Source: a bacterium
GTDB taxonomy: Bacteria > UBA8248
Direction of reading: 5' to 3'
Assembly: GCA_965219955.1 (NCBI GenBank)
Contig: OZ244799.1
Coordinates: forward strand, 2,240,001 to 2,304,000
DNA: 64,000 bases
Part shown: in pieces, positions 11,147 to 21,320 of the stretch
How positions within the stretch are numbered: the first letter of the stretch is position 1
Layout of the letters: each line of letters starts with the position of its first letter
Translations under genes and position numbers: made by a program
Notes under the pieces: model-generated
What the model saw: the letters and a program-made list of their open reading frames with translations, nothing else
Database searches by the model: none
What the model was told of the DNA's origin: nothing

Positions 11147-12445
11147 TCAAAGTCTGAACAAACGGCCGTTTTGACGGAAATCCCTGAAAGCGTTGCGCGT
11201 ATCCACGATGCAGTTCGCATGGGCGTGGATGAGCTTTGTATCCAGTGATTCGTGGTTCACAAGCACGATGACGCAGTCGTATTCACGCAGTGAGCCGGGA
11301 CTGATGGGCTGAGAATGCGCCCTGATCGGGAGAGCGTCGATTTCCGTAACATGGGGGTCCGAATAGCAAACGACCGCTCCGAGGCGCACCAGACGGAGCC
11401 AGACGTCGAGGGCGGGGCTCTCTCTGATGTCGGACACGTCCGCCTTGTAGGTCACTCCCGCCAGCAGGATTCTCGCTCCTTCAAGCGCTCTGCCGGTCGC
11501 GTTCAGAGCCCTGGCCGTGAGTTCCACAACGAACTGCGGCATCGAGTTGTTCACCTCACCGGCCCGTTCGATGAGCCTCGCCTCGAACCCCGCCTGCCGC
11601 GCCTTCCAGGACAAGTAGACGGAGTCCACGGGAATGCAATGCCCGCCGAGGCCCGGCCCCGGATAGAAGGGCATGAAGCCAAAAGGCTTCGTTTTCGCCG
11701 CCTCGATCACCTCCCAGACATCCAGGCCGAGGGCATGGCACATTTTCGCCACCTCGTTCACCAGGGCGATGTTGACGCTTCGAAAGGTGTTTTCCAGCAA
11801 CTTCACCATCTCGGCAACCCGGGGCGAGGTGACCCGCACGATCCGCTCGACGGCGCCTTCATACAGGGCGCAGGCGCACTCGGCGCACCCTGGCGTCACG
11901 CCGCCCACGACTTTCGGTATGTTTCTCGTGCCAAATCGCTCGTTTCCGGGGTCCACGCGCTCGGGCGAGAAAGCGAGATAGAAATCCTCGCCCACATCCC
12001 AGCCTTCTTTCGACAAAACGGGCAGAACGATTTCCTCCGTAGTCCCTGGATAGGAGGTGCTCTCGAGCACGTAGAGCTGCCCCCTTCGTCGATTCCGCCC
12101 GATGCTCTCCACTGCGGATTGTATGAAGGACAAATCCGGGTCCCGGGTCTTCCCCAACGGCGTGGGGACGCAAATGCTGACTGCATCGACCTCCGCAATC
12201 GCCCGGTCATCACAAGTGAACTCGAGCCGATCTGTGCTCAACCCCGCAGATAAGCTTTTGGGAGAAACATCCCCGATGTGGCTCTTCGCCGCTCGTAGAT
12301 CGCGAACACGGCGGCAGTCCGTGTCCAGCCCCACCACCCGGTAGCCCGCGCGCACAAACTCCAGCGCGAGCGGGAGCCCGGCGTATCCCAGGCCCATCAC
12401 GCATACGCGGACTTGTTTTTTGCGGATTTTTTCGATGAGTTGCAC
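11147..12445 (-). CDS. Nucleotide-sugar dehydrogenase (UDP-glucose/UDP-GlcNAc 6-dehydrogenase, WbpA/WecC family)
   Basis: GLGYAG, CVPTP, ESTSYPGTT, FSPERVDPG, KLLENTFR, GGHCIP. Confidence 0.92.
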   Translation of the reverse strand: MQLIEKIRKKQVRVCVMGLGYAGLPLALEFVRAGYRVVGLDTDCRRVRDLRAAKSHIGDVSPKSLSAGLSTDRLEFTCDDRAIAEVDAVSICVPTPLGKTRDPDLSFIQSAVESIGRNRRRGQLYVLESTSYPGTTEEIVLPVLSKEGWDVGEDFYLAFSPERVDPGNERFGTRNIPKVVGGVTPGCAECACALYEGAVERIVRVTSPRVAEMVKLLENTFRSVNIALVNEVAKMCHALGLDVWEVIEAAKTKPFGFMPFYPGPGLGGHCIPVDSVYLSWKARQAGFEARLIERAGEVNNSMPQFVVELTARALNATGRALEGARILLAGVTYKADVSDIRESPALDVWLRLVRLGAVVCYSDPHVTEIDALPIRAHSQPISPGSLREYDCVIVLVNHESLDTKLIHAHANCIVDTRNAFRDFRQNGRLFRL

Positions 12446-12577
12446 GGGACCCTCCAGAACAGAAAAAATGAGGGTCCTCTGAGAACGATTCTAGTATAGA
12501 ATAAGAACAAGTATTTCCGCATATCGTTTGATTCATTCAATGGCCATCACGGCGCTTACACAACGGGAGATTCGAGC

Positions 12578-13546
12578 ATGAAATGGTTGACCGGACTGGC
12601 TGCGGGCCTGCTCCTTTGGGCGGGCACAGCCCATGCGGCGGAAAAATGGAACATGCCGACGGCGTACGGGAACGCCATCTACCACACGCAAAACGCAAAA
12701 CTCTTCGCCGAGGCGGTTGGCGTATGCACCGGCGGGAAACTCGATATCGTGGTGCATGGAGGCGGTTCCCTCATCAAGGGCGGCGAGATAAAGCGCGCCG
12801 TACAAACCGGGAAGGTGCCCATCGGCGAGCGGCTGCTGAGCGCCCACCAGAACGAAAACGCCGTCTTCGGATTCGACTCCGTGCCGCTACTGGCCACGTC
12901 CTTCGAGGCGTCCGAGAAGCTCTGGCAGGCAGCTAAAGGCCGGCTGACGAAGATTCTCGCCGCGCAGAACCTCGTATTGCTCTACTCCGTCCCCTGGCCG
13001 CCTCAGGGAATGTATTTGAAGCGCGCGATCGGCGGCGTCGCCGACATGCGCGGGATCAAGTTTCGCGCCTACAACGACGCGACGGCCCGTTTCGCCGCTC
13101 TCGCCGGAATGCCCTCGGTGCATATCGAACTCGTGGAACTCGACCGGGCGCTTGCGAGCGGCAGGGTGGAGGCCTTCATCACTTCGAGCGCGACCGGTTA
13201 TTACCACAAGCTCTGGAAGCGCATGAGCCATTTCTACGATTTGCGAGCCTGGGTGCCGCGCAACTACGTGTTCGCGGGCAAGCGCGCCTTCGAGGCGCTC
13301 GACGCACACGCCCAAAACTGCCTGCGCTCCTCTGCGCTATTGGCCGAAGCGGCGGGAACGGCGCGGGCGCGCGAGTTGACCGGCTTTTACCTCGAACAAC
13401 TCGCCGCAGGCGGCATGAGCGTGCAGAAGCCGGGTGAGCGGCTCGCCGCCGATCTCAAGAAAATCGGCGAAACCATGTCCGCCGAATGGAGCAAGGCCGC
13501 AGGCGCCGAGGGTGCCGCGATCATCAAAGCCTTCAGGGGGAAGTAA
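12578..13546 (+). CDS. TRAP transporter solute-binding protein (DctP family)
   Basis: Signal peptide (AHA cleavage), WNMPTAY, IGERLLS, PWPPQG, GIKFRAY. Confidence 0.88.
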   Translation: MKWLTGLAAGLLLWAGTAHAAEKWNMPTAYGNAIYHTQNAKLFAEAVGVCTGGKLDIVVHGGGSLIKGGEIKRAVQTGKVPIGERLLSAHQNENAVFGFDSVPLLATSFEASEKLWQAAKGRLTKILAAQNLVLLYSVPWPPQGMYLKRAIGGVADMRGIKFRAYNDATARFAALAGMPSVHIELVELDRALASGRVEAFITSSATGYYHKLWKRMSHFYDLRAWVPRNYVFAGKRAFEALDAHAQNCLRSSALLAEAAGTARARELTGFYLEQLAAGGMSVQKPGERLAADLKKIGETMSAEWSKAAGAEGAAIIKAFRGK

Positions 13547-13590
13547 AACTTCAGGATGCGGTCTTTTACAGCTTTATCGAGGATGAAGTA

Positions 13591-13845
13591 ATGCAACTCA
13601 ACATCAAAGATGCCGACACCCACGCGCTGGCGAAGAGGCTCGCGAGTCTCACCGGCGAATCCATGGCCAAGGCCGTCAAGCGCGCCATACAGGAGAAGCT
13701 GGCGCAGGTGGAGAAGATGCGGGGCGGGCCCCCGCTCGCCGATGAACTGGATCGCATCGCCCTGTATTGCGCCAGTCTGCCAAGGCGTGACGGGCGAAGC
13801 AGCGATGAGATCATCGGGTATGACGAAAGCGGCTTGCCCGCTTAA
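13591..13845 (+). CDS. vapB: VapB-type antitoxin (Rv0623/PSK transcription factor family)
   Basis: MQLNIKD..LAKRLA.LTGES...AV..A and C-terminal DEIIGYDESGLP; ATG at 13591. Confidence 0.85.
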   Translation: MQLNIKDADTHALAKRLASLTGESMAKAVKRAIQEKLAQVEKMRGGPPLADELDRIALYCASLPRRDGRSSDEIIGYDESGLPA

Positions 13846-13929
13846 TCATCACCGCATTTCGGCGCTTTCAAGGGTAGAAGATGTTCAGAAACGCCTTTGA
13901 TGTTTCCCACACCCAAGGCGCGCGGCGCG

Positions 13930-14559
13930 TTAGACGTTCATGACGCGGACGAGGGGCGCGCTTTCGTGCAGATCAATCACGTTCAGGGCCGCAAAATCCT
14001 GCTCCAGCCGGAAAAAGCTATTGAGCGGAGCGCCCAGCGCATCGCAGAGAATCACCCGGTTCACCGCCGCATGGGCGCAAATGATGACGTTTTTTTCTTT
14101 CTCCCGGGCGCAGATACCGCGAAACGCGGGCAAGACGCGCGCGGCGAGTTCCGCCACGCACTCCCCGCCGCCCGGCGGCTTGGAATGGACAAAATTCTCG
14201 TAATGCTCGTCCAGGCGCTCGGGTTCTTTTTCCGTGAGGCTTGCGTGCGTCTCCCCCTCCCAATCGCCCAGGTGAAGCTCGGCGATATCGGGAACGACCA
14301 CGGGCTCGAGCCCCAACCCCATCGCTTCGGATAGAATCTCCGCCGTCCTCACGGAGCGGGTGAGCGAACTGGAATAAAGGGCCGTCTCACTATCCAACAG
14401 CCAACCCCGGACGCGCGCCGCCGCGTCCCGAACCTGCGCCTCGCCATCAGGAAGGAGCGGCGCGTCGGTGCTGCCGTAGAAAAACCCCTCTTTCGAGCCC
14501 TCCGCCGCGCCGTGCCTGAGCAGTAGAACGCGCGTGGTGGTTTCGGCCTTGCGCGGCAT
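13930..14559 (-). CDS. Histidine phosphatase family protein (CobC/GpmB-like)
   Basis: LLRHG, SSLTRS..TA, ELHLGDWEG, PGGGE, H..VNR; start uncertain (14559 or 14592). Confidence 0.85.
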   Translation of the reverse strand: MPRKAETTTRVLLLRHGAAEGSKEGFFYGSTDAPLLPDGEAQVRDAAARVRGWLLDSETALYSSSLTRSVRTAEILSEAMGLGLEPVVVPDIAELHLGDWEGETHASLTEKEPERLDEHYENFVHSKPPGGGECVAELAARVLPAFRGICAREKEKNVIICAHAAVNRVILCDALGAPLNSFFRLEQDFAALNVIDLHESAPLVRVMNV

Positions 14560-14609
14560 GGAAACCGTTGTATCGGCCCGCCTTTGGTTCACGCTTTTTC
14601 TCCAACATG

Positions 14610-14640
14610 AAAACGGGCGCGGAAGCCGCCTCTCGCGCCC
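14610..14640 (-). terminator. Possible intrinsic terminator after exbD
   Basis: Minus strand GGGCGCG...CGCGCCC stem followed by GTTTT. Confidence 0.45.
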
Positions 14641-14656
14641 AGTACCCGCTACGAAG

Positions 14657-15061
14657 TTATTTCGTGGCCAGCGAGATGTCCCGAACGCCCGCCTCGGAGA
14701 TGAGGCCCATCACCTTGATCACGTAGCCGTAATCGAGGCGCTTGTCCGCCTTGATCGTGAGGGAGGGCTTGAACTTCCCGCTCTCGACGCCCGCTTTCAA
14801 CCGGCTTTCGAGGTCATCGAGCAGCACCGTTTTCCCGTTCAGGGTGATTCGCTTCTCCACGCCGACTTCGATGAGAAACGCTTTTTTCTCCACCACCTCG
14901 GCGCTCGATTTCGCTTCGGGCAGTTCGATGTCGAGCCTGCGGGTGAAATCCACGAAAGAGGTGGAAACCATGAAAAAGATGAGGAGCAAAAAGACGACGT
15001 CGATGAGCGAGGTAAGCTGGAGGCTGTAGTCTTCCTCCGAATCGCCCTGAAAGCGCATCAC
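14657..15061 (-). CDS. exbD: Biopolymer transport protein ExbD/TolR
   Basis: LTSLIDVVFLLLIFFMV, IKADK. Confidence 0.93.
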   Translation of the reverse strand: MMRFQGDSEEDYSLQLTSLIDVVFLLLIFFMVSTSFVDFTRRLDIELPEAKSSAEVVEKKAFLIEVGVEKRITLNGKTVLLDDLESRLKAGVESGKFKPSLTIKADKRLDYGYVIKVMGLISEAGVRDISLATK

Positions 15062-15882
15062 GAATCCTCGCGCTGCGGACCCAGGCTCTCGAAGCCCTGC
15101 GCCTCGTCGTGGGGCGCATTGTCCGTGTTCTCGCCGGGTTCACCGGCTTGCGTCGCCAGATTCTGCAAAAGCGCCAGAGCGACCGATTCCATCTCGAACA
15201 GGAGACGGCCGCTGCGGGAACGGAAAAAGTGATACGCCGCAAGGGCGGGAATGCCGATCAAAAGGCCCGCCGCCGTCGTCAGAAGCGCTTCGGATATCCC
15301 CTCCGCCACGAGGTTCGGGTTCCCCGTCCCGGCGCGGCTGATGACGTCGAAGGCGCGAATCATCCCGACGACCGTGCCGAACAGGCCCAGCATCGGCGCG
15401 AGGTTCGCGATGACGCCCAGGCCGCGGAGGTTGCGCGACAAGACGGTCGATTCATGCTGGCCCGCGCCGACCATGGCGCGCTCCATCTCGCCGATCCCAA
15501 GCCTCCGCCTCGCCAGACCCGCCTTGAGAACGCGCGCGAGCGGAGAGTCGAACCGCTCACAGAGGCTGGAGGCTCCCTCGAAATCACCGCTCCGCCAGTA
15601 TCTTTCCGAAGCGCTCACCAGGGCGCCCGGCAGGACTTTCTTTCGCCTGAGGGAAATGAGCCGCTCGAGCGTCACCATGAGCGCGACGACCGAGCACAGC
15701 CCCAGGGGGATCATCGTATACCCCCCCTTCTTCAGAAGATCCCAGGCCCTGGTCGTAAAGCCCCAGTCGGCGAAGCTCGTGGCCGCGAACGCCTGCGCAG
15801 AGGCGAGCAGCACGAAAACGACCGCCAGACTCGCGGCGAGGGCCCACTTCTCGCTTCTTGAATTTTTCGGGTCATGAAACAC
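15058..15882 (-). CDS. exbB: MotA/TolQ/ExbB proton channel protein
   Basis: APMLGLFGTVVGMI, GISEALLTTAAGL; GTG start at 15882 with AGGAG. Confidence 0.92.
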   Translation of the reverse strand: MFHDPKNSRSEKWALAASLAVVFVLLASAQAFAATSFADWGFTTRAWDLLKKGGYTMIPLGLCSVVALMVTLERLISLRRKKVLPGALVSASERYWRSGDFEGASSLCERFDSPLARVLKAGLARRRLGIGEMERAMVGAGQHESTVLSRNLRGLGVIANLAPMLGLFGTVVGMIRAFDVISRAGTGNPNLVAEGISEALLTTAAGLLIGIPALAAYHFFRSRSGRLLFEMESVALALLQNLATQAGEPGENTDNAPHDEAQGFESLGPQREDS

Positions 15883-16573
15883 CGGGAAGAACTCCTGTAA
15901 CCCGCGCCGGGTCGGTTTCCATCGTGATATGCGCATCGAACACGTCCGCGCAAACGGGGATCAAATCCTGCGCGAGTTCCGGCAGCGGCGGTGAACCCCC
16001 CAGCAGTTTTTCGAGGGAAGTCGTGCGCCCGCCCACCTCGCCGCAGGGGTGCATCATCTCGAAATATCTGAGATCCGGCGATGCGTTGAACGAAACCCCG
16101 TGCATCGTCACCCAGCGCCTCGCGCCCACGCCCAGGGCGAGAATTTTCTCGTCATTCACCCAAAGGCCCGGATTTCCCGGTCTTCTCTCGGCATGAAACC
16201 CCTTCTTCTCCAGATAGCGCCGAAATACCTCCTCAAGCCGCCTGCAGTGGAGGTGCACGTCGCGCTCCCATTCGCGGAGGTCGCAGATGGCGTAGAGCAT
16301 CAACTGGCCCGGACCGTGAAAGGTCACCTCGCCGCCCCGGTTGATCCGGATGAGTGGAACATCCTCGCCGTCGACGGGCGAGCGCCTGAGAAGCACGTTC
16401 GCCTCGCTGCCCCCCTTGCCCAGCGTCATGACCGGATCGTGCTCGAGAAAGAGAAAAACATCCTCCCCGAGGCGGCCCTCGGCGCGCTCGGTCCAAAGCC
16501 GCTTTTGCAGGTCCCAGGCTTCGCCGAACCCCATCCGCCCCAGATAGACGGCCCTGATGGACGGTTTATTCAA
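15872..16573 (-). CDS. lipB: Lipoyl(octanoyl) transferase
   Basis: LEHDPVMTLG, RGGEVTFHGPGQL, KI..LG, HGVSFN, PCG; probable TTG start overlapping the dnaE stop. Confidence 0.93.
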   Translation of the reverse strand: MNKPSIRAVYLGRMGFGEAWDLQKRLWTERAEGRLGEDVFLFLEHDPVMTLGKGGSEANVLLRRSPVDGEDVPLIRINRGGEVTFHGPGQLMLYAICDLREWERDVHLHCRRLEEVFRRYLEKKGFHAERRPGNPGLWVNDEKILALGVGARRWVTMHGVSFNASPDLRYFEMMHPCGEVGGRTTSLEKLLGGSPPLPELAQDLIPVCADVFDAHITMETDPARVTGVLPGVS

Positions 16574-19500
16574 AACGAACAGCTCCCGCGCCCACCAGAT
16601 CACCGAGTTCATCGCTCAGTTCCGCCGTCGGCGCCACCACGAACTCCCCGCCCGCCTCGATGCGCACCTCCCGGCCGGGGAACCTGAGCGTGAAGTGAAC
16701 GGCGCAGTTGCCCGGATGCCTCGCCAGCACCTCGCGGATGGACTGCAGGCGATTCGGCGAGCGGCACTCGGGTTCGAGATCGACCAGGACCCTGCTCGCG
16801 CGGTTCACCTCCACCTCGGAGAGAGGCTCGATGGCGCGCACCACCACCTGAACCCCGTCGTCCGAAACCTCGGCGACGCCTTCGACGAGAACGGGTTCCT
16901 CGCTCTCCAGGATTTCGTGGCAACTTTCGAACACGTCGGGGAAAAGCGTCATCTCCGCCGTGCCGACCTGATCCTCGAGCACGAAATTCGCCATGCGCCG
17001 GCCCGCGCGCGTGGTGCGCAGCCGCGAGGAGCGGATAAGCCCTGCCATCTTGAGCTTGCGCGCGCTCGTCACCTCGGCGAGGCGAACGGTGTCGATGTTG
17101 GCGAATCGCTCGATGACCTCCTTGTGATCATCGAGCGGGTGTCCGGAAACGTAAAAACCCAGCACCTCGCGCTCGCTGGCAAGGCGTTCGCCGTCCTCCC
17201 ACTCGGCCACCTCGGGCAGGTGAAGCGCGCTCCTGGCGGCATCCTCCCCCCCGAACAGGGAACCCTGCCCCACGGCGACGCTTTTTTGCTCGCGAATCGC
17301 GGCTTCGAGCACGATATCGAGCGATGCCGTCGCCTGCGCGCGTCCCACATTCAGAGAATCGAAGGCGGCCGCCTTGATGAGGCTTTCGAGCGCCCGCCGG
17401 TTCAGGTGCCGATGCTCCACGCGCCTGCAGAAATCGCCCAGGTCCCTGAACGGCCCCTCCTCGTTCCGGCTCGCCAGAACGGCGTCCACCAGCCCCTCGC
17501 CCACGTTCTTCACGGCGGCCAGACCGAAGCGGATGGCCTCCCGCTCGACCGTGAAATCCTTCTGGCTCGCGTTCACGTCCGGCGGGAGCACGGGGATCTT
17601 CATGCTCCGGCACTCGGCGATGTCGTTGATGACCTTGTCGGCGTTCTCCCTGTCGCACGTGAGAAGCGCCGACATGAACTCGCGCGGATGATGCGTTTTC
17701 ATATACGCCGTGCGGTAGGCGATGAGGGCGTAGGCCGCGCTGTGGCTCTTGTTGAAGCCATAGCCCGCGAACTTGTCGATCTGATCCCACAGGGACTGGA
17801 CTTTTTTCCTGTCGTGGCCGCGCGCGGCGGCCCCGTCCACGAAGTCGGCCTGCTGCTCGGCCATGAGTTTCTGGCTCTTCTTTCCCATCGCCTTGCGCAG
17901 CACGTCCGCTCGTCCCAGGGAGAACCCTGCGAGCGCGTTCGAGATCTGCATGACCTGTTCCTGATAGACCATGACGCCGTAGGTGCCCTCGAGGATGGTC
18001 TGCAGCTCGTCGAAGAAATAATCGATCTGCTCGCGCCCGTGCTTTCTGTTGATGAACGCATCCACCATGCCGCTCTCCAGCGGGCCGGGCCGGTAGAGCG
18101 CGACCATGGCGATCAGATCCTCGAACGTCGTGGGGATGAGCTTCCTGAGATATTCCCGGATGCCCCGGCTCTCGAGCTGGAAGATGCCGGTCGTCTTGCC
18201 CTCCGCGAGCAGGCGGTACGTCGCCGCATCGTCGAGAGCGAGCGTCTCGAGATCCAGTTCTCCGCCTCCGTCGCGCACGAGGTTCACGGCGCGCTCGAGC
18301 ACCGTGAGCGTCTTGAGACCCAGGAAATCCATCTTGAGAAGGCCGATTTCCTCGATGTCCTTCATGTCGAACTGGGTCATCATCTCGCCGCCCGAGGCCT
18401 TATAGAGCGGCACGAAGTCGGTGAGCTTCGACGGCGCGATGACCACGCCCGCCGCGTGCGTTCCCGCGTGGCGGATGTTGCCTTCGAGCTTTCGGGCCGT
18501 GCCCATCAAGCCGCTCACCTTCGGGTCGCGCTCCACGGTGTCGCGCAGGCGCGGCTCTTTCTTCATCGCGTCGTCGAGGGTGATCTTGAGTTCATTGGGA
18601 ACCAGCTTCGCGATGCGGTCCACCTCGCCGTAGGGCATGTCCATCACGCGGCCCACGTCGCGCAGGACACCCTTCGCCAGCATGCTTCCGAAGGTGATGA
18701 TCTGGCACACGTTCTCGCGCCCGTATTTCTCCTGCACGTAGCGGATGACCTCGTCGCGCCGGTCCATGCAGAAGTCGATGTCCACGTCGGGCGGGCTGAT
18801 GCGCTCGGGGTTCAGGAACCGCTCGAAGAGAAGGGAATACCTGAGCGGGTCGATGCCCGTGATGCCCAGCGCGTAGGCGGCCAGGCTGCCCGCCGCCGAG
18901 CCCCGGCCCGGGCCAACGGGGATGCCCTGCTCCTTGGCGTAGCGGATGAAGTCGGACACGATGAGGAAGTAACCCTCGTAATTCTGGCTGTTGATGACTT
19001 CGAGTTCCATCCTGAGCCGCTCGCGGTAGCGCTCCGCCTCGGCGCCCTCGATCCCGAACTGCGCGAGCCTGCCCGCGAGCCCCTCCTCCGCGGAGCGCCT
19101 CAGGTATTCTTTCTTGTCGGCCCCGTCGGGGGTCTGGAAATCCGGGTAGTGGGCCGCGCCGAAGGTGAACTCGAAATCGCACTGTTCGGCGATGTCGAGC
19201 GTACTGGCGAGGGCTTCGGGTACTTCGCCGAAGAGCGCCTCCATCTCCTCTGCGGTTTTGAGATAAAACTCCTCGCTCTTGATCGTCATGCGGTTGGGAT
19301 CGTTCAGGGTCTTGCCCGTCTGGATGCAGATGAGCACCTCCTGGGCGCTGTGGTCTCCCTTGTCCAGATAATGCACGTCGTTGGTGGCGACGAGGGGCAG
19401 CCCCATCTCCTTCGAGAGGGCGATGACCCTCGGGATGACCTGCTTGTCCTCCTCCATGCCGTGGTCCTGGAGTTCCAGGTAGTAGCGGCCCGGGAAGAGG

Positions 19501-19997
19501 TCCTTATAGAACCCGGCCGCCTCGCGCGCCGCTTCCTCGCGGCCGTGCAGGAGGTGGTCGTTCACCTCCCCGCGCAGGCAGGCGGACGTGCAGATGAGGC
19601 CCTCGGCGTGTTGGCTGATAAGTTCACGGTCGATCCTCGGGAAATAGTACATCCCCTCGGTGAAGCCGCGCGTGACCAGTTCGCACAGGTTGTTGTAGCC
19701 CGTCTGGTTCTGGGCCAGCAGCAGCATGTGGTAGGCGCGCCCGCCGCCGTTCGTGGACCCCTTGTCGAACCGGCTGCCGGGGGCGACGTACACCTCGCAG
19801 CCGATGATGGGCTTTACGCCCGCCCTTTTCGCCGCCTCGTAGAACTTCACGGCGCCGAACATGTTCCCGTGGTCGGTAAGCGCCACGGCCGGTTGGCCGA
19901 GTTCGGCGGCGCGCTGCACCAGATCGCCGATTCGCGTGGTGCCGTCCAGGAGACTGTACTGGGAGTGAAGATGCAGATGAACGAATTCAGACGGCAT
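16566..19997 (-). CDS. dnaE: DNA polymerase III alpha subunit
   Basis: HLHLHSQYSLLDG, GPGRGSAAGS, FERFLNPER..PDVDIDF, GYGFNKSH. Confidence 0.99.
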   Translation of the reverse strand: MPSEFVHLHLHSQYSLLDGTTRIGDLVQRAAELGQPAVALTDHGNMFGAVKFYEAAKRAGVKPIIGCEVYVAPGSRFDKGSTNGGGRAYHMLLLAQNQTGYNNLCELVTRGFTEGMYYFPRIDRELISQHAEGLICTSACLRGEVNDHLLHGREEAAREAAGFYKDLFPGRYYLELQDHGMEEDKQVIPRVIALSKEMGLPLVATNDVHYLDKGDHSAQEVLICIQTGKTLNDPNRMTIKSEEFYLKTAEEMEALFGEVPEALASTLDIAEQCDFEFTFGAAHYPDFQTPDGADKKEYLRRSAEEGLAGRLAQFGIEGAEAERYRERLRMELEVINSQNYEGYFLIVSDFIRYAKEQGIPVGPGRGSAAGSLAAYALGITGIDPLRYSLLFERFLNPERISPPDVDIDFCMDRRDEVIRYVQEKYGRENVCQIITFGSMLAKGVLRDVGRVMDMPYGEVDRIAKLVPNELKITLDDAMKKEPRLRDTVERDPKVSGLMGTARKLEGNIRHAGTHAAGVVIAPSKLTDFVPLYKASGGEMMTQFDMKDIEEIGLLKMDFLGLKTLTVLERAVNLVRDGGGELDLETLALDDAATYRLLAEGKTTGIFQLESRGIREYLRKLIPTTFEDLIAMVALYRPGPLESGMVDAFINRKHGREQIDYFFDELQTILEGTYGVMVYQEQVMQISNALAGFSLGRADVLRKAMGKKSQKLMAEQQADFVDGAAARGHDRKKVQSLWDQIDKFAGYGFNKSHSAAYALIAYRTAYMKTHHPREFMSALLTCDRENADKVINDIAECRSMKIPVLPPDVNASQKDFTVEREAIRFGLAAVKNVGEGLVDAVLASRNEEGPFRDLGDFCRRVEHRHLNRRALESLIKAAAFDSLNVGRAQATASLDIVLEAAIREQKSVAVGQGSLFGGEDAARSALHLPEVAEWEDGERLASEREVLGFYVSGHPLDDHKEVIERFANIDTVRLAEVTSARKLKMAGLIRSSRLRTTRAGRRMANFVLEDQVGTAEMTLFPDVFESCHEILESEEPVLVEGVAEVSDDGVQVVVRAIEPLSEVEVNRASRVLVDLEPECRSPNRLQSIREVLARHPGNCAVHFTLRFPGREVRIEAGGEFVVAPTAELSDELGDLVGAGAVRFE

Positions 19998-20177
19998 GTC
20001 GATTCCCCGGGGGCGGATTTTAACAGGGGCGTGATTTTAATACTGGCCTGCTCTTGTTGGCTTACTGCTTATGGTGAAGCCCTTTCAGTTTACTTCTTTC
20101 TGCCTCTCGCCTGAAACCCGCCGCCGCCATCTCTCTTGCTGCTTGCCGAGAGAAGGCGCAATCCCGCCAGCGGCGGA

Positions 20178-20543
20178 TCACCCGCCGTATCCGAACAGCC
20201 GGCTGATGAACCTGCCGGGTATCATGGCGAACCCGCCCGCGATGAAGGCGCCTATCATCGTGCCCGTCATGAACGCCGCGTGCCTCCGCACGTTTCCCCG
20301 CCGTATCGAAACGACCGCTACTATCATGCAGAAAATCGTCCAGACCGTCAGCAGGTGAATCCAGCTGAACGCGCCGTCGTTCAGTTCGCGTATCCAGAAT
20401 GAGGAGACCGTGACGTAGCTCATCACAACGAGCCAGCACCAGCCGATAATACGGTGCCTGCGCGTTCCCTTCGCAGACGCAAGGTTGACGAGGCCGAGCC
20501 CGATCGCCAGTACCGCGAGAATGAAATGCGTCCATATCAGCAA
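20178..20543 (-). CDS. Small 4-TM membrane protein (DUF2306-like)
   Basis: KGTRRHRIIG, FSWIHLL, RRH..FM, PGR pattern. Confidence 0.75.
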   Translation of the reverse strand: MLIWTHFILAVLAIGLGLVNLASAKGTRRHRIIGWCWLVVMSYVTVSSFWIRELNDGAFSWIHLLTVWTIFCMIVAVVSIRRGNVRRHAAFMTGTMIGAFIAGGFAMIPGRFISRLFGYGG

Positions 20544-20561
20544 GGTTTCGGTTTCCTGAGC

Positions 20562-21119
20562 CTAGTTGTTGAAATCCTTGAGCACCACAACGTCCTGCAC
20601 GAGTTTCCCCATGTAGCTCAGGTCTTCGTGCATGTTCGTGTTCAGCGTGACCCTTATCTCCAGAACGCCCTTCGGCAGTTTATCCATGAAATAAGAAGCC
20701 GCATACAGCCTCGTCAGCTTCCTGCCGTTCAAATACAGATGCGCGTGGCCCTCGTTGATCTTCGAAGTCTTGTTCACTTCTTCGGGGGCGAAGCGGAAAT
20801 TCCTGAGTTCCAGGAACAGGTTGAGCGCCCCCCTGGAGTGGGCGTCTTTTTCCAGGCGTATCTTCACGCCCGGGGGGTTCTTGTGGCCGGCGGGGATCAC
20901 CTTTACGGAATGCTTCATCCCGTGCGCATGACCCTTCTTCATGCCGGCCTCGCGGGGCTTGTGCATGTGATGCCCATGGCCTTTCTCCCCGTGGCCGCTT
21001 TGAGCGATGTGCAGGTGGGGATAATTCGCCTCATGGGCATGGGCGTTCGCTGTCGGAAGAAGCGAAGCCAGGAAAAACAGCGAAACCATAACGAGCGAGG
21101 TCTTCAATGCGGGATACAT
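20562..21119 (-). CDS. Exported His-rich protein, putative metal-binding
   Basis: Signal peptide (ANA/AHA), His-rich linker, GHAHLYLNG and LNTNMH motifs; ATG at 21119 with GGGAG. Confidence 0.7.
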   Translation of the reverse strand: MYPALKTSLVMVSLFFLASLLPTANAHAHEANYPHLHIAQSGHGEKGHGHHMHKPREAGMKKGHAHGMKHSVKVIPAGHKNPPGVKIRLEKDAHSRGALNLFLELRNFRFAPEEVNKTSKINEGHAHLYLNGRKLTRLYAASYFMDKLPKGVLEIRVTLNTNMHEDLSYMGKLVQDVVVLKDFNN

Positions 21120-21320
21120 TTTATTTTGACTCCCAAAGAGGATTTCATAGCGGCGACGGACATTAAAAAGGAAAGAACGGGCTGATTTATTGTAACCTGC
21201 TGAATCTAAAGACATTAAAACTGGAACTGCCCTATAGCTCTTACTTGCTTTTTCATCCAGAATATCCAAGATTCCGAATAGCGTCCATATTCCAAAAACT
21301 CGAAGAAAACCGGAGAAAAA

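Noticed and set aside
14657-15882. ExbBD as a defence-type stator
   Set aside because: Canonical ExbB/ExbD motifs in a housekeeping context; no long tail or OmpA domain
16566-19997. Possible intein in DnaE
   Set aside because: Normal length (1143 aa) and continuous motifs; no intein signature
16557-20114. 1185-aa plus-strand ORF, and similar long antisense ORFs (22365-25310, 8867-10564, 56461-58611)
   Set aside because: Antisense shadows of dnaE, guaAB, argC and MFS/thrC caused by high-GC codon bias; no recognisable motifs
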